Virus record (IMG/VR): IMGVR_UViG_3300032272_000012
Coordinates: 1 to 58,819 of that record
Length of the DNA stretch: 58,819 nt
Origin: a virus
Lineage: Duplodnaviria; Caudoviricetes
Reading direction: 5' to 3' (one strand)
Shown here: positions 36,970 through 47,595 of the stretch, one piece after another
Numbering within the stretch: the first letter of the stretch is position 1
Layout: each line of letters begins with the position of its first letter
The notes under the pieces: model-generated
Told to the model about the DNA's origin: nothing
Databases searched by the model: none
Seen by the model: only the letters and a program-made list of their open reading frames with translations
Translations under genes and position numbers: made by a program

Positions 36970-37470
36970 ATGAGTGATTTACATAAGAAGACGATAAAAA
37001 CCAGAGACAGATTAAACAAATCTGAAGAACCAACTTTCATCGAAACCGAAGTTTCTTGTACTTATTTAGGCGTTAAAGATCAGCTTAAGTTATTCAAGTA
37101 TTTAACAGCCCATGTCGGCGGTGGTGCCAAGGGCATCCAGAATATGCGTGATAACGATATTGATAACCATATGATTATCATGGGAGCTAAAGCTATTGGC
37201 TCTTTTGCTGATGCTTTAAAAGACATCGAAGATGATGAAATGATTTTCTGGATTGAAAAGCTTTTGGAAAAAGTAAAAGTAGGTGGAAAAAACTACGCTA
37301 TGGAATCTGAAGCTTACTACGGTAAAATGGGATTTTTGTTTGAAGTGATTTATTTTGCCTTGGAGGTAAATTATAGTGATTTTTTGCAAGAAAAGTTAGG
37401 AGCTATAGTCGAAGCCCTAACGGACATAATGAAAGTGAAATTAAGCGAATCACAGACGGCGGAAATGTAG
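36970..37470 (+). CDS. Tail assembly chaperone (G)
   Basis: Between the tube and tape measure genes. Slippery site at 37380-37386. Confidence 0.8.
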   Translation: MSDLHKKTIKTRDRLNKSEEPTFIETEVSCTYLGVKDQLKLFKYLTAHVGGGAKGIQNMRDNDIDNHMIIMGAKAIGSFADALKDIEDDEMIFWIEKLLEKVKVGGKNYAMESEAYYGKMGFLFEVIYFALEVNYSDFLQEKLGAIVEALTDIMKVKLSESQTAEM

Positions 37471-37622
37471 ATTGGTTTTTGTGGCGACCTGTTATTAAAA
37501 AGGTCGCTACGTACACAGAGATTGTTGACAATTGGAACATCAATGATCTTTTTGATTGTCACGAAGCACTTGATATAGTGGACGACATAGAAGATTTCTA
37601 CAATAAGAAATCAAAAGAATAA
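37380..37622 (+). CDS. -1 frameshift extension of the tail chaperone (GT product)
   Basis: T TTT TTG heptamer. The -1 frame is open to TAA 37622, has no ATG, and encodes DWFLWRPV..DLFDCHEALD. Confidence 0.75.
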   Translation, partial: FFARKVRSYSRSPNGHNESEIKRITDGGNVDWFLWRPVIKKVATYTEIVDNWNINDLFDCHEALDIVDDIEDFYNKKSKE

Positions 37623-37648
37623 AGTAGGCGTTAAGGGGTTGGGTTTTT

Positions 37649-39532
37649 ATGGCTAAGGTGATTAGAGAACTTTTAACAAAGATTGGTTATAAGGTAGATT
37701 CTCAAGAACTTGAGAAGGCTATTAAAAACACAGACCGCCTTAAAATGTCTACTAGGCAGTTAAACAATGAGTTAAAAAAATTAAAGGGCGGCTTAAATTC
37801 CCAACGAGCCGCCCAACAAAAAACAAATGCTTCTGCTTCTGCTTTTAAAAATAAAAGTGAATCTGTCTCACGATCTTTAAAAAAACAAAAAAACAGGACT
37901 GACAGCCTCAAAAGAAGTCAAAGACAACTTAGTGTATCAACCGCAAGCCTAGGCACTCAGATGAGTAGTTTGATGAGTATGGCTCGTGGTGTTGGGCTTG
38001 CTTTTGGTGCTGTCGGTGCTGGTTTTGGTTTCATAATGAAACAAACGGGTGATATGGAACAGGCCGAGGTCGCAATGACTGGCTTGCTTCAATCTGAAGA
38101 AAAAGCTAACAAAATGATGACTGACTTGAAAAAGTTGGCTGTCGAAACTCCATTCGAGTTAAAAGATGTTTTTAAAGGCACCAATCAATTGTTAGCTTAT
38201 AACATCAGTGCTGATAAAATGATTGATACTCTAACATCACTTGGAAACATTGCTTCGGTTGTTGGAACTCAGAAACTACCACAATTGATTTTGGCTTATG
38301 GTCAAGTTTCGACGGCTGGTAGATTACGCGGCCAAGAAGTTAGGCAGTTTACTGAGGCAGGTGTTCCAGTCAATGAAATCATTGCCAAACAAATGAAAGT
38401 TACTAAAGCTGAAGTATCAGATCTTGTTAGTGCTGGGAAGGTTTCTTTTGAAATTGTTCAAGCTGCAATCCAAGACTATGCAAATGGAACTGGTAAAGTT
38501 TCTGGCATGATGGCAAAGCAATCTAAGACGCTTCACGGTCGCATTTCAAACCTTAAAGATATAATCGCTATAACATCAGCTGAGATTGGAAATAATTTTC
38601 TTCCAATGACAAAAAACCTTGTTACAGAAACAAGAAAATGGATACAAACAAATAAGGAATTGATCAAAACAAATATTGTTAAATTTTTTAACAATGCTGA
38701 AAAAGTATTTGGCGATTTCTTAGTCATAGTAAAATCAGGATGGCGAACATTAACTACAGTGACTAAATTGTTTGGTGGCCTAGAAAACAGCGTTCTATTG
38801 CTAGGAAAAGCACTAGCTATAGTATTCGGTGCTAAATCATTAATGCTTATTGGTAGCTTTGTGATGAAGTTTAAAGCAATAGGCAATGTAATGTTTTGGG
38901 TTCAAGCTAAGGCGATGGCTGTGCCTTTAGCAATAGGTGCTGCTATAGTCGGCGTAATGTTACTGATAGATGACTTTATCAATTGGCAACAGGGGAACAA
39001 GTCTGTATTGGGCTTGATGCTTGGAGACTACAGCACTGCGACAAGTCCACTGTCAAAGCTTTTCAGTATGGATTTTGTTGATGGTGTTAAAAAGACAATA
39101 TTAGAGTTATGGAATTGGATCAAAAATTTATTTGATGATTTATTTACCAAAGATTTTTGGTCAAATAGATTACAAGATTTAAAATCTGTTTTTGACGAGG
39201 TATTCACTACTGAAGGCAGAGGCGAATCTGGTAAAAAATATGGTGAGGATGTTCAAAAAGATTTCAAAGAAAAAGGTTTCTGGGAAACAATAATCACTCG
39301 CTTTGGATCGTTAGGCGGCGGCTTAGGTACTTCTCCAAATGTTAAATCTGATGGCAATGGTATATTTGATAATTTAACTAGACCAGCAGGACAAAAAGGA
39401 ACAACAATAAATAATAAATTCGATACAACTGTTAATATGCCACAGGGCGTATCTGTAGACCAAGGCAAGGAAATGATATCGGATGCTTTACGAGAAACAG
39501 CAGCAAAAACACCAGCAACGACAGATCAATAG
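37649..39532 (+). CDS. Tape measure protein
   Basis: IRELLTKIGY. AVETPF..GQV..GRLRGQEVRQF tape-measure domain. Confidence 0.92.
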   Translation: MAKVIRELLTKIGYKVDSQELEKAIKNTDRLKMSTRQLNNELKKLKGGLNSQRAAQQKTNASASAFKNKSESVSRSLKKQKNRTDSLKRSQRQLSVSTASLGTQMSSLMSMARGVGLAFGAVGAGFGFIMKQTGDMEQAEVAMTGLLQSEEKANKMMTDLKKLAVETPFELKDVFKGTNQLLAYNISADKMIDTLTSLGNIASVVGTQKLPQLILAYGQVSTAGRLRGQEVRQFTEAGVPVNEIIAKQMKVTKAEVSDLVSAGKVSFEIVQAAIQDYANGTGKVSGMMAKQSKTLHGRISNLKDIIAITSAEIGNNFLPMTKNLVTETRKWIQTNKELIKTNIVKFFNNAEKVFGDFLVIVKSGWRTLTTVTKLFGGLENSVLLLGKALAIVFGAKSLMLIGSFVMKFKAIGNVMFWVQAKAMAVPLAIGAAIVGVMLLIDDFINWQQGNKSVLGLMLGDYSTATSPLSKLFSMDFVDGVKKTILELWNWIKNLFDDLFTKDFWSNRLQDLKSVFDEVFTTEGRGESGKKYGEDVQKDFKEKGFWETIITRFGSLGGGLGTSPNVKSDGNGIFDNLTRPAGQKGTTINNKFDTTVNMPQGVSVDQGKEMISDALRETAAKTPATTDQ

Positions 39533-39545
39533 GGGTTAGTAAAAT

Positions 39546-40268
39546 ATGCCTTTAACTTCATTAATATATAAGAATGTCCAAGAAACGGCATTTAAGACCA
39601 GTGATAAGAAACAAATAATTTGGTCGTTTGATACTATTCTTTCTGAGAATCACACTAGCAACGCAACGATAACAGATCGTGAAGTAGAATCCGTTGTGAG
39701 TCAAGATATTAACACAATCAATGATCATTCAGTTTTGTCACCTGAGACAGTAACGATTGTCGGTATTGTTTCAGAAACACCAATAACATTAGTAACAGCA
39801 ATCGTAGGCGGCGCTTTAGGTGCATTGGTTGGTAACAATACAAACTTTGGTGTTAACCTTGTTAGCGGCGTGTTGGGCGGCGCTGTTGTTGATGCTGTGC
39901 AAAACGGCATAGGTGAAAGCAAAGCTAAGGGAACAAGAACATCAAACGCATACGAAGTTTTACAAGGCTTACAGAAAAGTAGGGCGGTTTTTCATGTTCA
40001 AACTTTACTTAAAAGCTATGATGAAATGATGATTCAAAGTCTTACTGTTGATAAAAATGCAGAATTAGGTAAAGACGCAAAATATACTTGTGTAATAAAA
40101 AAAATAAGAATTGTCAGAAGTGAGATAGTTTCTATAGACCCGTCTTTGTTAGCAGCTGATACTTCGTCAAAAGCACAAGAAACAAAAAATCAAGGAAAAA
40201 AGCAGAGTGGCGCTGCGAGTGCAAAAACTGAAGAAAAATCTTCTGCTTTGTATAAACTATATAAATGA
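39546..40268 (+). CDS. Baseplate / tube initiator protein
   Basis: Position. ENH..ITDREVE..INDH. Confidence 0.75.
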   Translation: MPLTSLIYKNVQETAFKTSDKKQIIWSFDTILSENHTSNATITDREVESVVSQDINTINDHSVLSPETVTIVGIVSETPITLVTAIVGGALGALVGNNTNFGVNLVSGVLGGAVVDAVQNGIGESKAKGTRTSNAYEVLQGLQKSRAVFHVQTLLKSYDEMMIQSLTVDKNAELGKDAKYTCVIKKIRIVRSEIVSIDPSLLAADTSSKAQETKNQGKKQSGAASAKTEEKSSALYKLYK

Positions 40269-40313
40269 ACAAGCAATATTTAGAACTGATATTCTAACTA
40301 GTAGGTTTAAAAC

Positions 40314-40646
40314 ATGGCATATATAGAAATACCAGTTATATCAAACATACCAAGCTATACTTTTAATCTAGTATTAGAAGGAACTAAATTTAATTTCAGT
40401 TTTAGATTTAATAAAAGGCTTGATCGTTGGACGTTTGATTTAAGTGATGCAGAAAATATTTTGATTATTGCTGGCATACCGTTGTTAACTAATTTACTAT
40501 TAACAGAAAGATACTCATACGACAATTTACCAGAGGGCGAGTTTTTTGTTTTAGATATGACTGGTAACGATGCAAACCCGTCTGATATTGGGTTAGGTGA
40601 TGATTATAAATTGATTTATCGTGAAAGTACAACCGTAGATGAATGA
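40314..40646 (+). CDS. Baseplate protein
   Basis: Position. FRFN..RW..GIPL. Confidence 0.75.
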   Translation: MAYIEIPVISNIPSYTFNLVLEGTKFNFSFRFNKRLDRWTFDLSDAENILIIAGIPLLTNLLLTERYSYDNLPEGEFFVLDMTGNDANPSDIGLGDDYKLIYRESTTVDE

Positions 40647-41529
40647 ATTATTTAACAGGATTGGAAGCATTACAGTCGGACGTACTGACTCCGACAGGGG
40701 TATTGAGTTTAAGGGTCTACGTTTTTCTTTTGAAATAGACAAAGGAAACAGCTCGACTCCAAACGTTGCAAAATTCAGTATCTACAATCTTTCGTCAGAG
40801 AGCCGTTATCTTTTTGAAGAAACTGGAAAAATAATCATTTGTAAGCTTGGTTGGGCTGGCCGTGGTGATCCAACATCTAAAGAATTTTTGGCCAACATAG
40901 AAAAAAACTTAGAGATTTGTTATCAAGGTCAAATCATAGAAAACGGATATACCCTATCAAAAAATGGTGCTGACACAGTTGTAGCGATTCAATGCGGAAC
41001 CGAAATAAACAAATTGAGAAACGCAACATTTAATCAATCTTACGATAAAAACACAAAAGTAGATTCTATCGTGGGAGACTTGGCAGGCGGCCTAGGGCTT
41101 AATGTTTCGTTTCTCCCAAAACTTGATTTAGGAACAATGTTGAATGGTTTTATGGCAAGCGGAAATATAAAGAGTATGCTTGATCAGATATTAGGCTCTA
41201 AAGATTTAGATTGGTCCATACAAGATGAAGAATTGATCATCACTGAAAAAGGTGAGCCCACAGACCCTACAGCTATTTTAATTACACCCGAAACGGGATT
41301 GCTTGGAACGCCCACAAAAACAAAAGAGGGAGGCGTTAAATTCAAAACACTGCTTAACCCTAAGATAAAACCCCAAACTCTTATAAAACTTGTTTCAAGC
41401 ACATATGAGGGGTTAGTTGTTCCACAGAGAGTGAAATATATAGGTGATTTTGACGGTGGCCCGTATGATTGTGATATCGAGGCGGTTGAGCAAGGGACTA
41501 AGAAAGAAAAAACGGTGACACTTGCATGA
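40639..41529 (+). CDS. Baseplate hub protein
   Basis: IYNLS..WSIQD..TGLLGTP..LLNP. Confidence 0.8.
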   Translation: MNELFNRIGSITVGRTDSDRGIEFKGLRFSFEIDKGNSSTPNVAKFSIYNLSSESRYLFEETGKIIICKLGWAGRGDPTSKEFLANIEKNLEICYQGQIIENGYTLSKNGADTVVAIQCGTEINKLRNATFNQSYDKNTKVDSIVGDLAGGLGLNVSFLPKLDLGTMLNGFMASGNIKSMLDQILGSKDLDWSIQDEELIITEKGEPTDPTAILITPETGLLGTPTKTKEGGVKFKTLLNPKIKPQTLIKLVSSTYEGLVVPQRVKYIGDFDGGPYDCDIEAVEQGTKKEKTVTLA

Positions 41530-42227
41530 ATGAAAACAACCAAAAAACACCATCACTATATGAAGTTATTTCTAACATCGTCGAGAGCCGATTGGTTGAA
41601 CTTCATACATCTATGCCAGCCGAAGTTGTTAGTTACGATGACTCAACGGGCTATGTATCAGTACAGCCGTTGATCAAGAAAAAATATATAGATCAAGAAT
41701 CGCTAATTGAATTGCCAGTGATTCCTAATGTTCCAGTTGCCTTTTATAGAACTAAGAACGCTTTTATATCTATGCCAATTGCAAAAGGTGATGTTGGACA
41801 TATTCAATTTTCTGAACGCTCGCTTGATATTTGGAAAAACTTGGGTGGATCAGTTGATCCCATGGACACAAGAAAACATCACTTGACCGATGCTGTTTTT
41901 TATTTGGGCGGTTATCCTAGTAATGATCATTTTAAGGGTGTTGATAAAAAAGATATTCATATTCAAAACAAAAGTGGTGAGTTTATTATTAAGCCAAACG
42001 GCGACACCACTTTAAAAAATGATATTGGAACTTTCCAGTTAACAAATGATGGTAAAATACAGATTGCAGGTGCTACGGGTGAGATTTTAGATTTATTATC
42101 ACAGTTGCTTGTTAAGCTTCAATCTCACAGTCACGGTCATCCTATGGGTCCAACAGGTCCAATGTTACCACCTGAATTAGCTGATTTGATTACAATACAA
42201 GCTGCTATAGATGGGATGAAAGTTTAA
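41526..42227 (+). CDS. Baseplate spike (Gp138-like)
   Basis: HTSMPA..VQP..FSERSLD..RKHHLTDA. C-terminal HSH. Confidence 0.85.
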   Translation: MNENNQKTPSLYEVISNIVESRLVELHTSMPAEVVSYDDSTGYVSVQPLIKKKYIDQESLIELPVIPNVPVAFYRTKNAFISMPIAKGDVGHIQFSERSLDIWKNLGGSVDPMDTRKHHLTDAVFYLGGYPSNDHFKGVDKKDIHIQNKSGEFIIKPNGDTTLKNDIGTFQLTNDGKIQIAGATGEILDLLSQLLVKLQSHSHGHPMGPTGPMLPPELADLITIQAAIDGMKV

Positions 42228-42230
42228 ATA

Positions 42231-42785
42231 ATGGCTATCGAATCATTATCAAATTTCAAATCTTCTTTTGCTAACTTACCAATAGCAACAGCTGCGGAAT
42301 TTCCAGCTAATCTAGCTGATTGGTTTGAAGATAATATTTTAATCTTGGCACTTGCTGGAGTTGGTGGTGCTGGATTGTCGTTTAGTTTTGATAAATCTAC
42401 TTTGATTACTCAGCTTACAGCTTTACCCACAACCCCACAGCCAGAAGCTTCGGCTATAGCTGCTTTGGCTAATTGTTTTGTTTCATCTTTAACAAGTAGT
42501 ACATACAATACACAAGTTGGAACTTATTTAAGTGAGCCACCGTTGCCAGCTAATACATTCGGATCAGTAACGTCTACGACTCCGAATACTTCAAGTGTTG
42601 GTGCGAAGATAGAAGAAATGATAGGAACAGACCCTGATAGTGTGCAAGATGTTGACGACTCACCTTTCCCAGAAAAAATAAGGGATGCTGTTTTAACTAT
42701 TTTAATAACTACAATCGGTTTTGATCAAACACCGCCAGCAACAGGGCCTTTGCCTTTAACAGATGCAGCAAGGAGCGTTATTTAA
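42231..42785 (+). CDS. Hypothetical baseplate-region protein
   Basis: Lies between the spike and wedge genes. Confidence 0.65.
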   Translation: MAIESLSNFKSSFANLPIATAAEFPANLADWFEDNILILALAGVGGAGLSFSFDKSTLITQLTALPTTPQPEASAIAALANCFVSSLTSSTYNTQVGTYLSEPPLPANTFGSVTSTTPNTSSVGAKIEEMIGTDPDSVQDVDDSPFPEKIRDAVLTILITTIGFDQTPPATGPLPLTDAARSVI

Positions 42786-43144
42786 TGAGTGGTTTTAAAT
42801 GTGCAGAAGACGGAGACATATTAATAGAACAAAATAAGTTTTCTATTGTAAGCGGACCCGATGAGATTGTTCAAAATTTAAGACAAAACATTAGAACATT
42901 TTTTGGCGAATGGTTTTTAAATCAAAGCTTGGGTGTTCCATATTTTCAAGATATTTTTATAAAAAATCCAAACCCTATTTCAATTGAAGCAGCTTTTAAA
43001 AATGTAATATTAGGCACTATAGGTGTAAGAGAATTAATAGATTTTGATTTAAACTTAGACAGCGCACAAAGAGAATTGAGCTATACATTTAGTGCTTTAA
43101 TTTATGATAAAATAATCGACTTTAGTGAGGTAGTAGCAATATGA
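42785..43144 (+). CDS. Baseplate wedge / sheath initiator (gp25-like)
   Basis: GEWFL..GVPY. Confidence 0.8.
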   Translation: MSGFKCAEDGDILIEQNKFSIVSGPDEIVQNLRQNIRTFFGEWFLNQSLGVPYFQDIFIKNPNPISIEAAFKNVILGTIGVRELIDFDLNLDSAQRELSYTFSALIYDKIIDFSEVVAI

Positions 43145-44871
43145 CAACTTATGGAATTACCCCAGAGGGCTTTGTATTAAAACGGCTCCCAATTATAAAA
43201 ACAGAATTAGAAGACGATTTTAGGGGGTCATACGGTGACTCAGTTAATCTTGACGCTAGAACTCCAGAAGGTCAATTGATAGGTATCATGTCAGAACGTG
43301 AAGCCGAGCTTTGGGAAAAAATGGAGCAACTTTATTATTCTGCTTATCCCGACACAGCCGAAGGGGTTCCACTTGATAACTCTGTTGCTATAACTGGAAC
43401 AAAACGCAGGGCTTCCACTTATTCTACTGTTGTTGCTAGAATTATAGGCGTTGCTACAACTGTCGTTCCTAACACGTTTGAGGCATCAGTTGAAAATAAT
43501 CCCGACGCTAAATTTAAATTAAATGATCCAGTTACTATTGCAGCGGGTGTTAGTGAAGTTCAAAAAATAGTTTATTCGGCTGTTCCGACGTCGGGAATTA
43601 TTGCTTATGTATACGATGGCAATCAAACTGCTGATTTAGATTTTAATGCTACGGTTGGTGAAATAGAAACAGCACTAGAAGCTTTGGAGGGTATAGACGA
43701 TGTTTCAATTACGGGTGATTATACAATTGGCCACACAATTACTTTCGTTGGTGATAGCGCAAATACTCCTTTCGACATACTAACGGTTGGCTCTAACTCT
43801 TTGGACGCTGGTGGTGCTGTAGGCATTACAATCACAGAAGAGACAGAAGGTAAATACCCAGAAATTGAAGGCGAGTTTACTGCCACAACAAAAGGCGCAG
43901 TGCAAGCGCCTACTAGCTCTTTAATAGTAATCGACACGCCAATAAATGGAGTTGAAAGCATTATAAACGATGCTGATGCAACGCTAGGCGACGAAACTGA
44001 GGAAGATGCTGAATTAAAATTAAGGCGTGAAACTGAAATCGCACAAGCTGGTAAGGCGACCGTAGACGCTATTAGAGCTAGTATTTCAGAAGTTCTAGGA
44101 GTCACATCTGTCCTTGTGTTCAACAACAGAACAAATAACACAGATGCATTTGGAAGGCCACCACACAGCGTTGATTGTGTTGTCGAGGGCGGTGTAAATC
44201 AAGATATAGCAGATGATATTTGGGATGTTATTGGTGCTGGTATAACCATGTACGGCGACATTGAAGAGACTGTTACGGATTCAAATGGTTTTTTCCAGAA
44301 AGTTTATTTTTCAAGGCCGACAGATGTAACTATCTGGGTCGAGGTTGATTTAACAACTGATACTAATTTCCCTGTAGACGGTATCGCATTGGTTGAAGCT
44401 GCAATACTTGCTTATGGTAACGATTTAGAAATTGGTGAAGATGTAATCGTTTACACTCCATTAATTAATTCGTTTTCTCATATAGACGGAATAACTGATG
44501 TTGCTATCAGGGTCGGTGTTGCTGATTTTCCAGTTGCAGGAAGTGGAACATTTACAGCATCGGATAGTACGGGTGATTTATTAGCAACTTTAGCTGGTCA
44601 TGGTTTATCAGATGATAACAGAGTTAAGTTTTCAAATTCAGGCGGTGCTTTACCAACGGGCTTAAGCGCAAGCACAAGCTATTATATTGACGTGATCGAT
44701 ACTAATACATTCTTGGTTTTAGATGATCGTGGAGGAGATCCTATAGCTTATACTGATGCTGGCACAGGTACGAATACAGTGACGTATGGAGGCTTTGACG
44801 ATAACATAATCATAGCGCAAAGAGAAAAAGCTGGTTTTGACAGTGCAAGAATTACAGCAGTTGAGGTTTAA
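43141..44871 (+). CDS. Baseplate J-like wedge protein with two inserted domains
   Basis: YGITPEGF..AEGVPLD..ETEEDAELKLR..PPHS..FSRP. Confidence 0.88.
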   Translation: MTTYGITPEGFVLKRLPIIKTELEDDFRGSYGDSVNLDARTPEGQLIGIMSEREAELWEKMEQLYYSAYPDTAEGVPLDNSVAITGTKRRASTYSTVVARIIGVATTVVPNTFEASVENNPDAKFKLNDPVTIAAGVSEVQKIVYSAVPTSGIIAYVYDGNQTADLDFNATVGEIETALEALEGIDDVSITGDYTIGHTITFVGDSANTPFDILTVGSNSLDAGGAVGITITEETEGKYPEIEGEFTATTKGAVQAPTSSLIVIDTPINGVESIINDADATLGDETEEDAELKLRRETEIAQAGKATVDAIRASISEVLGVTSVLVFNNRTNNTDAFGRPPHSVDCVVEGGVNQDIADDIWDVIGAGITMYGDIEETVTDSNGFFQKVYFSRPTDVTIWVEVDLTTDTNFPVDGIALVEAAILAYGNDLEIGEDVIVYTPLINSFSHIDGITDVAIRVGVADFPVAGSGTFTASDSTGDLLATLAGHGLSDDNRVKFSNSGGALPTGLSASTSYYIDVIDTNTFLVLDDRGGDPIAYTDAGTGTNTVTYGGFDDNIIIAQREKAGFDSARITAVEV

Positions 44872-44873
44872 TT

Positions 44874-45479
44874 ATGGCTGAAATAATCGAAATAACAACT
44901 CATGTCGTAGATGCAAAAAATCGACTGCTTGAGCAATACAAAGAAAAGCCTAATATAAATGCTTTGGTTGAAATTTTTTCAAATAGATCACAATTGATTG
45001 AAACTGAATTACAAAAATTCCCCAACGCACGATCAATAAATGATGCTGTAGGCGCTCAACTTGATCAAATAGGCTCTATCGTTGGCTTGGATCGGGTTAT
45101 AGGCCAAAGTGATGAAAACTATCGTGCTGAATTGTTCGTTCAAATTTCAATCAACACAGCTCAAGGTGATCCAGAGAGTTTAATTTTGCTTGTGGAAAAC
45201 CTAACACAAGCAACTATTGTTAAATACGTGAATCTTGGCAACGGAAACATGAGTTTTTATATTGATGTTGATATACCAACAGACGAAATAAACATACTCT
45301 ATGAAAGAATTGAAAGCGCAGCCTTGGGAGGTGTTCAGGTTTCTGCTATCATAAAAATAACAGCAACAGAAACATTTAGTTTTGCGGGTAGTGACGGCGG
45401 TACGACTGGCAAGGGATTTGGTAGCATTTACGACCCGTTAATTGGCGGTGTTTGGGCTAGTTTATTAGTAAGAACCTAA
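44874..45479 (+). CDS. Baseplate wedge protein (gpI/DUF2612-like)
   Basis: AVGAQLDQIGSIVG..DENYR. Confidence 0.82.
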   Translation: MAEIIEITTHVVDAKNRLLEQYKEKPNINALVEIFSNRSQLIETELQKFPNARSINDAVGAQLDQIGSIVGLDRVIGQSDENYRAELFVQISINTAQGDPESLILLVENLTQATIVKYVNLGNGNMSFYIDVDIPTDEINILYERIESAALGGVQVSAIIKITATETFSFAGSDGGTTGKGFGSIYDPLIGGVWASLLVRT

Positions 45480-45497
45480 CAATGGAGATTTATAAAA

Positions 45498-47546
45498 ATG
45501 GTAAGTAAACCAACATCAAGTTTAGATTGGACTGAAGGCAACCCAGATCAAGCAACAATTTCAGTTGAGCCTAACGCAACGAAAAAAGAAGACGGTTGGG
45601 AGGGAGGCGAACAGCCACCAGCTGAGACAACTAACTGGCAATTGCAGAATACAGACGAGTGGATTAAGTACTTAACTCAAGAAACAGATCGAAATCAATA
45701 TGGTCAATTTTCTATTTTAGATAATCAATCTAGTGCTGTTAATATAACTGATTTGATTGCTGACAAAACTAAATATCAAAATTGGAGTTTAGAAGCTTAT
45801 TTTGAAAGAAATCATGTTGGTTTAGCTGGTATTGAAGACACAGCATTTTATACTAACTTAGGTACTGGTTTAAATAGTTCAGTTTATGCTATTGCTGTTC
45901 AATCAGATGGCAAAATATTAGCTGGTGGATCACTTACATCATTTGATGGAAACGTAAGAAATAGATTGATACGTTTAAATTCTGATGGGACGGAAGACGC
46001 AGATTTCTATACAAATTTAGCAGGGGGGTTTAACTTAAATGTTTTAGCCATAAAAGTTCAATCCGATGGAAAAATATTAGTAGGTGGTACATTCACAACT
46101 CTTGGTGGCAATACAAGAAATAGATTAGTGCGTTTAAATTCCGATGGAACTGAAGACACAGCATTTTATACAAATCTAGGCACTGGGTTTAGTGGAAATA
46201 TTAACATAATATTAACACAGTCAGATGGTAAGATTTTGGCTGGTGGGTCATATACAACATTTAATGGAAGTACAAGAAATAGATTAGTACGTTTAAATGA
46301 AGATGGTACGCAAGACAATACATTCTATACGAATTTAGCAGGGGGGTTTGCTAGTAATATTTACAAACTATGTATTCAATCAGACGGTAAGATTTTGGCT
46401 GGTGGGTCGTATATATCATTTGGTGGCAATACAAGAAACAAATTAGTGCGTTTAAATTCTGATGGAACAGAAGACACAGCATTCTATACAAATCTAGGAA
46501 CTGGGTTTAGTGGGTCAGTATATGAGATTTCAACCCAATCCGATGGAAAAATATTAGTAGGAGGTACGTTCACAACTCTTGATATTGATACAAGAAATAA
46601 ATTAGTACGTTTAAATTCCGATGGGACGGAAGACGCAGCGTTTTATACAAATCTAGGTACTGGGTTTGATGACATGATCTATACTGCTTCGATTAAATCT
46701 GATGGTAAGATTTTAATAGGTGGTTATTTCACAACTCTTGATGGCAACACAAGAAATAGATTGATGCGTTTAAATTCTGATGGAACTGAAGACACATCGT
46801 TCTATACAAATCTAGGCACTGGGTTTGATGCTGCTATTCTTAGTCTAAATAATGAGTATGATGACAATATTTTAGTAGGAGGTCATTTTATAGATTTAGA
46901 TGGCAACACAAGAAATTATCTTGTTAGGCTAGACGGTGATTTTTTAACACGAGAAAAACGAATCTACACAATAGACAAAGATGATGTTGATTTATTATCA
47001 ATCACAGAACAATACCGAGATGGTGACGTTTCAGGTGTAACGCTATCAATTGATGATACCACAGGCCAAGTTGAATATACAAGTTCAAACGTAGGAGGCA
47101 CGCTTGTAACTAGTGAGCTTTATTATGCGCTTAGGAATGGTAAAGTTTTTCAGAAAATTGATGAAGCGACTAGTACTAAGAGTGGGTTAGTTAAAGCGCA
47201 CAAACAATACACACAATCTGATGTAACTTTTTCTTCAACCCCAACCGGCTGGAGTGTTAATAGAGCTATTTTGGTGCCTTATCAAACAGTAGATGGAGCG
47301 TGGAGACTAAAATTAACAGTGGATGCGACCATGACAACTGCTACTGATGGAAGTTTCACAATTAGTGGAACAACATTTAAAACTAGTTTTAACCAAGCAG
47401 GAAATATTATGTTTTCCAATGGATGGTCATATTCGACTACAACAGGAGGTAATGGAACAGTAGGAGTTGGATTTGAAAACAACTCCACTATTATAAGAGT
47501 TTCTGGAGATTTTGAGTTAGATTCAAAGCCAACTTGGGCATATTAA
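45498..47546 (+). CDS. Tail fibre with a delta-60-repeat beta-propeller
   Basis: Fibre N-anchor GW..GEQPPA..NW. About seven 54-aa QSDGKILVGG..RNRLVRLNSDGTED repeats. Confidence 0.82.
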   Translation: MVSKPTSSLDWTEGNPDQATISVEPNATKKEDGWEGGEQPPAETTNWQLQNTDEWIKYLTQETDRNQYGQFSILDNQSSAVNITDLIADKTKYQNWSLEAYFERNHVGLAGIEDTAFYTNLGTGLNSSVYAIAVQSDGKILAGGSLTSFDGNVRNRLIRLNSDGTEDADFYTNLAGGFNLNVLAIKVQSDGKILVGGTFTTLGGNTRNRLVRLNSDGTEDTAFYTNLGTGFSGNINIILTQSDGKILAGGSYTTFNGSTRNRLVRLNEDGTQDNTFYTNLAGGFASNIYKLCIQSDGKILAGGSYISFGGNTRNKLVRLNSDGTEDTAFYTNLGTGFSGSVYEISTQSDGKILVGGTFTTLDIDTRNKLVRLNSDGTEDAAFYTNLGTGFDDMIYTASIKSDGKILIGGYFTTLDGNTRNRLMRLNSDGTEDTSFYTNLGTGFDAAILSLNNEYDDNILVGGHFIDLDGNTRNYLVRLDGDFLTREKRIYTIDKDDVDLLSITEQYRDGDVSGVTLSIDDTTGQVEYTSSNVGGTLVTSELYYALRNGKVFQKIDEATSTKSGLVKAHKQYTQSDVTFSSTPTGWSVNRAILVPYQTVDGAWRLKLTVDATMTTATDGSFTISGTTFKTSFNQAGNIMFSNGWSYSTTTGGNGTVGVGFENNSTIIRVSGDFELDSKPTWAY

Positions 47547-47566
47547 CACCAACAAATAAATAAACC

Positions 47567-47595
47567 TTTGACCTAAGCATCGTCAAAAAACTGCT
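47567..47595 (+). promoter_or_regulatory. Compact H-type pseudoknot upstream of the lipoprotein gene
   Basis: TTTGAC/GTCAAA stem. Loop AGCA pairs with TGCT after an A-rich linker. Confidence 0.45.
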
